A stretch of DNA of 64,000 bases from Octopus sinensis. Lineage: Eukaryota. Where the stretch lies: positions 178,188,001 through 178,252,000 of the forward strand of contig NC_042998.1 in assembly GCF_006345805.1 (NCBI RefSeq), in the 5' to 3' direction. The notes beneath the pieces are model-generated. The model ran no database searches. It was not told the DNA's origin and worked only from the letters and a program-made list of their open reading frames with translations. The position numbers were made by a program, and so were the translations under genes. Shown in pieces: positions 63,801-64,000 of the stretch (the first letter of the stretch is position 1; every line of letters begins with the position of its first letter).

Positions 63801-64000
63801 TTAAGAAACAGTAAGCAGAGATAGCTCCAACATTTATATCATCCTCACAGCCTTAAGGTTAAAGATAAATGTAGAGTTATTCCTCAGTCGAATATATTGA
63901 ACATATGAAGCAGTTGGTATAAGAGCGGTACCAAGAAAGGTAGTTTTGAGCTTTTAGAAATAAATTTTAATTTATCCAAGTCCTTCATAAAGATCTTCCT

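Overview
AT-rich, microsatellite- and transposon-dense animal genomic DNA. The repeat families look like those of an octopus (inference from recalled SINE/LINE families; no search was run). Only two host genes are supportable. (1) The last two coding exons of a rhodopsin-class neuropeptide GPCR of the CCAP-receptor/neuropeptide-S-receptor type (+ strand, 15068-15239 joined to 16954-17206, splice phases match). (2) An intronless 776-aa BTB-BACK protein with a divergent kelch-like C-terminus (+ strand, 58534-60864), with a probable 5' UTR intron and CCAAT promoter. The rest is tRNA-derived SINEs, CR1/L2, RTE, L1/Tx1 and R4/Dong-type LINE relics, a Penelope GIY-YIG fragment, mariner/Tc1 and Merlin transposons, Helentron-like elements, simple repeats and one 100-N gap. 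The main hidden signals are: four type I hammerhead-ribozyme motifs of the Penelope/retrozyme kind from two families, one held in a perfect 164-bp-arm palindrome; a 9-kb pile-up of (TAA)n-anchored R4/Dong LINEs; a minisatellite born from an RT motif; and recurrent fold-back duplications. All alignments and folds were done by eye and repeat boundaries are approximate.
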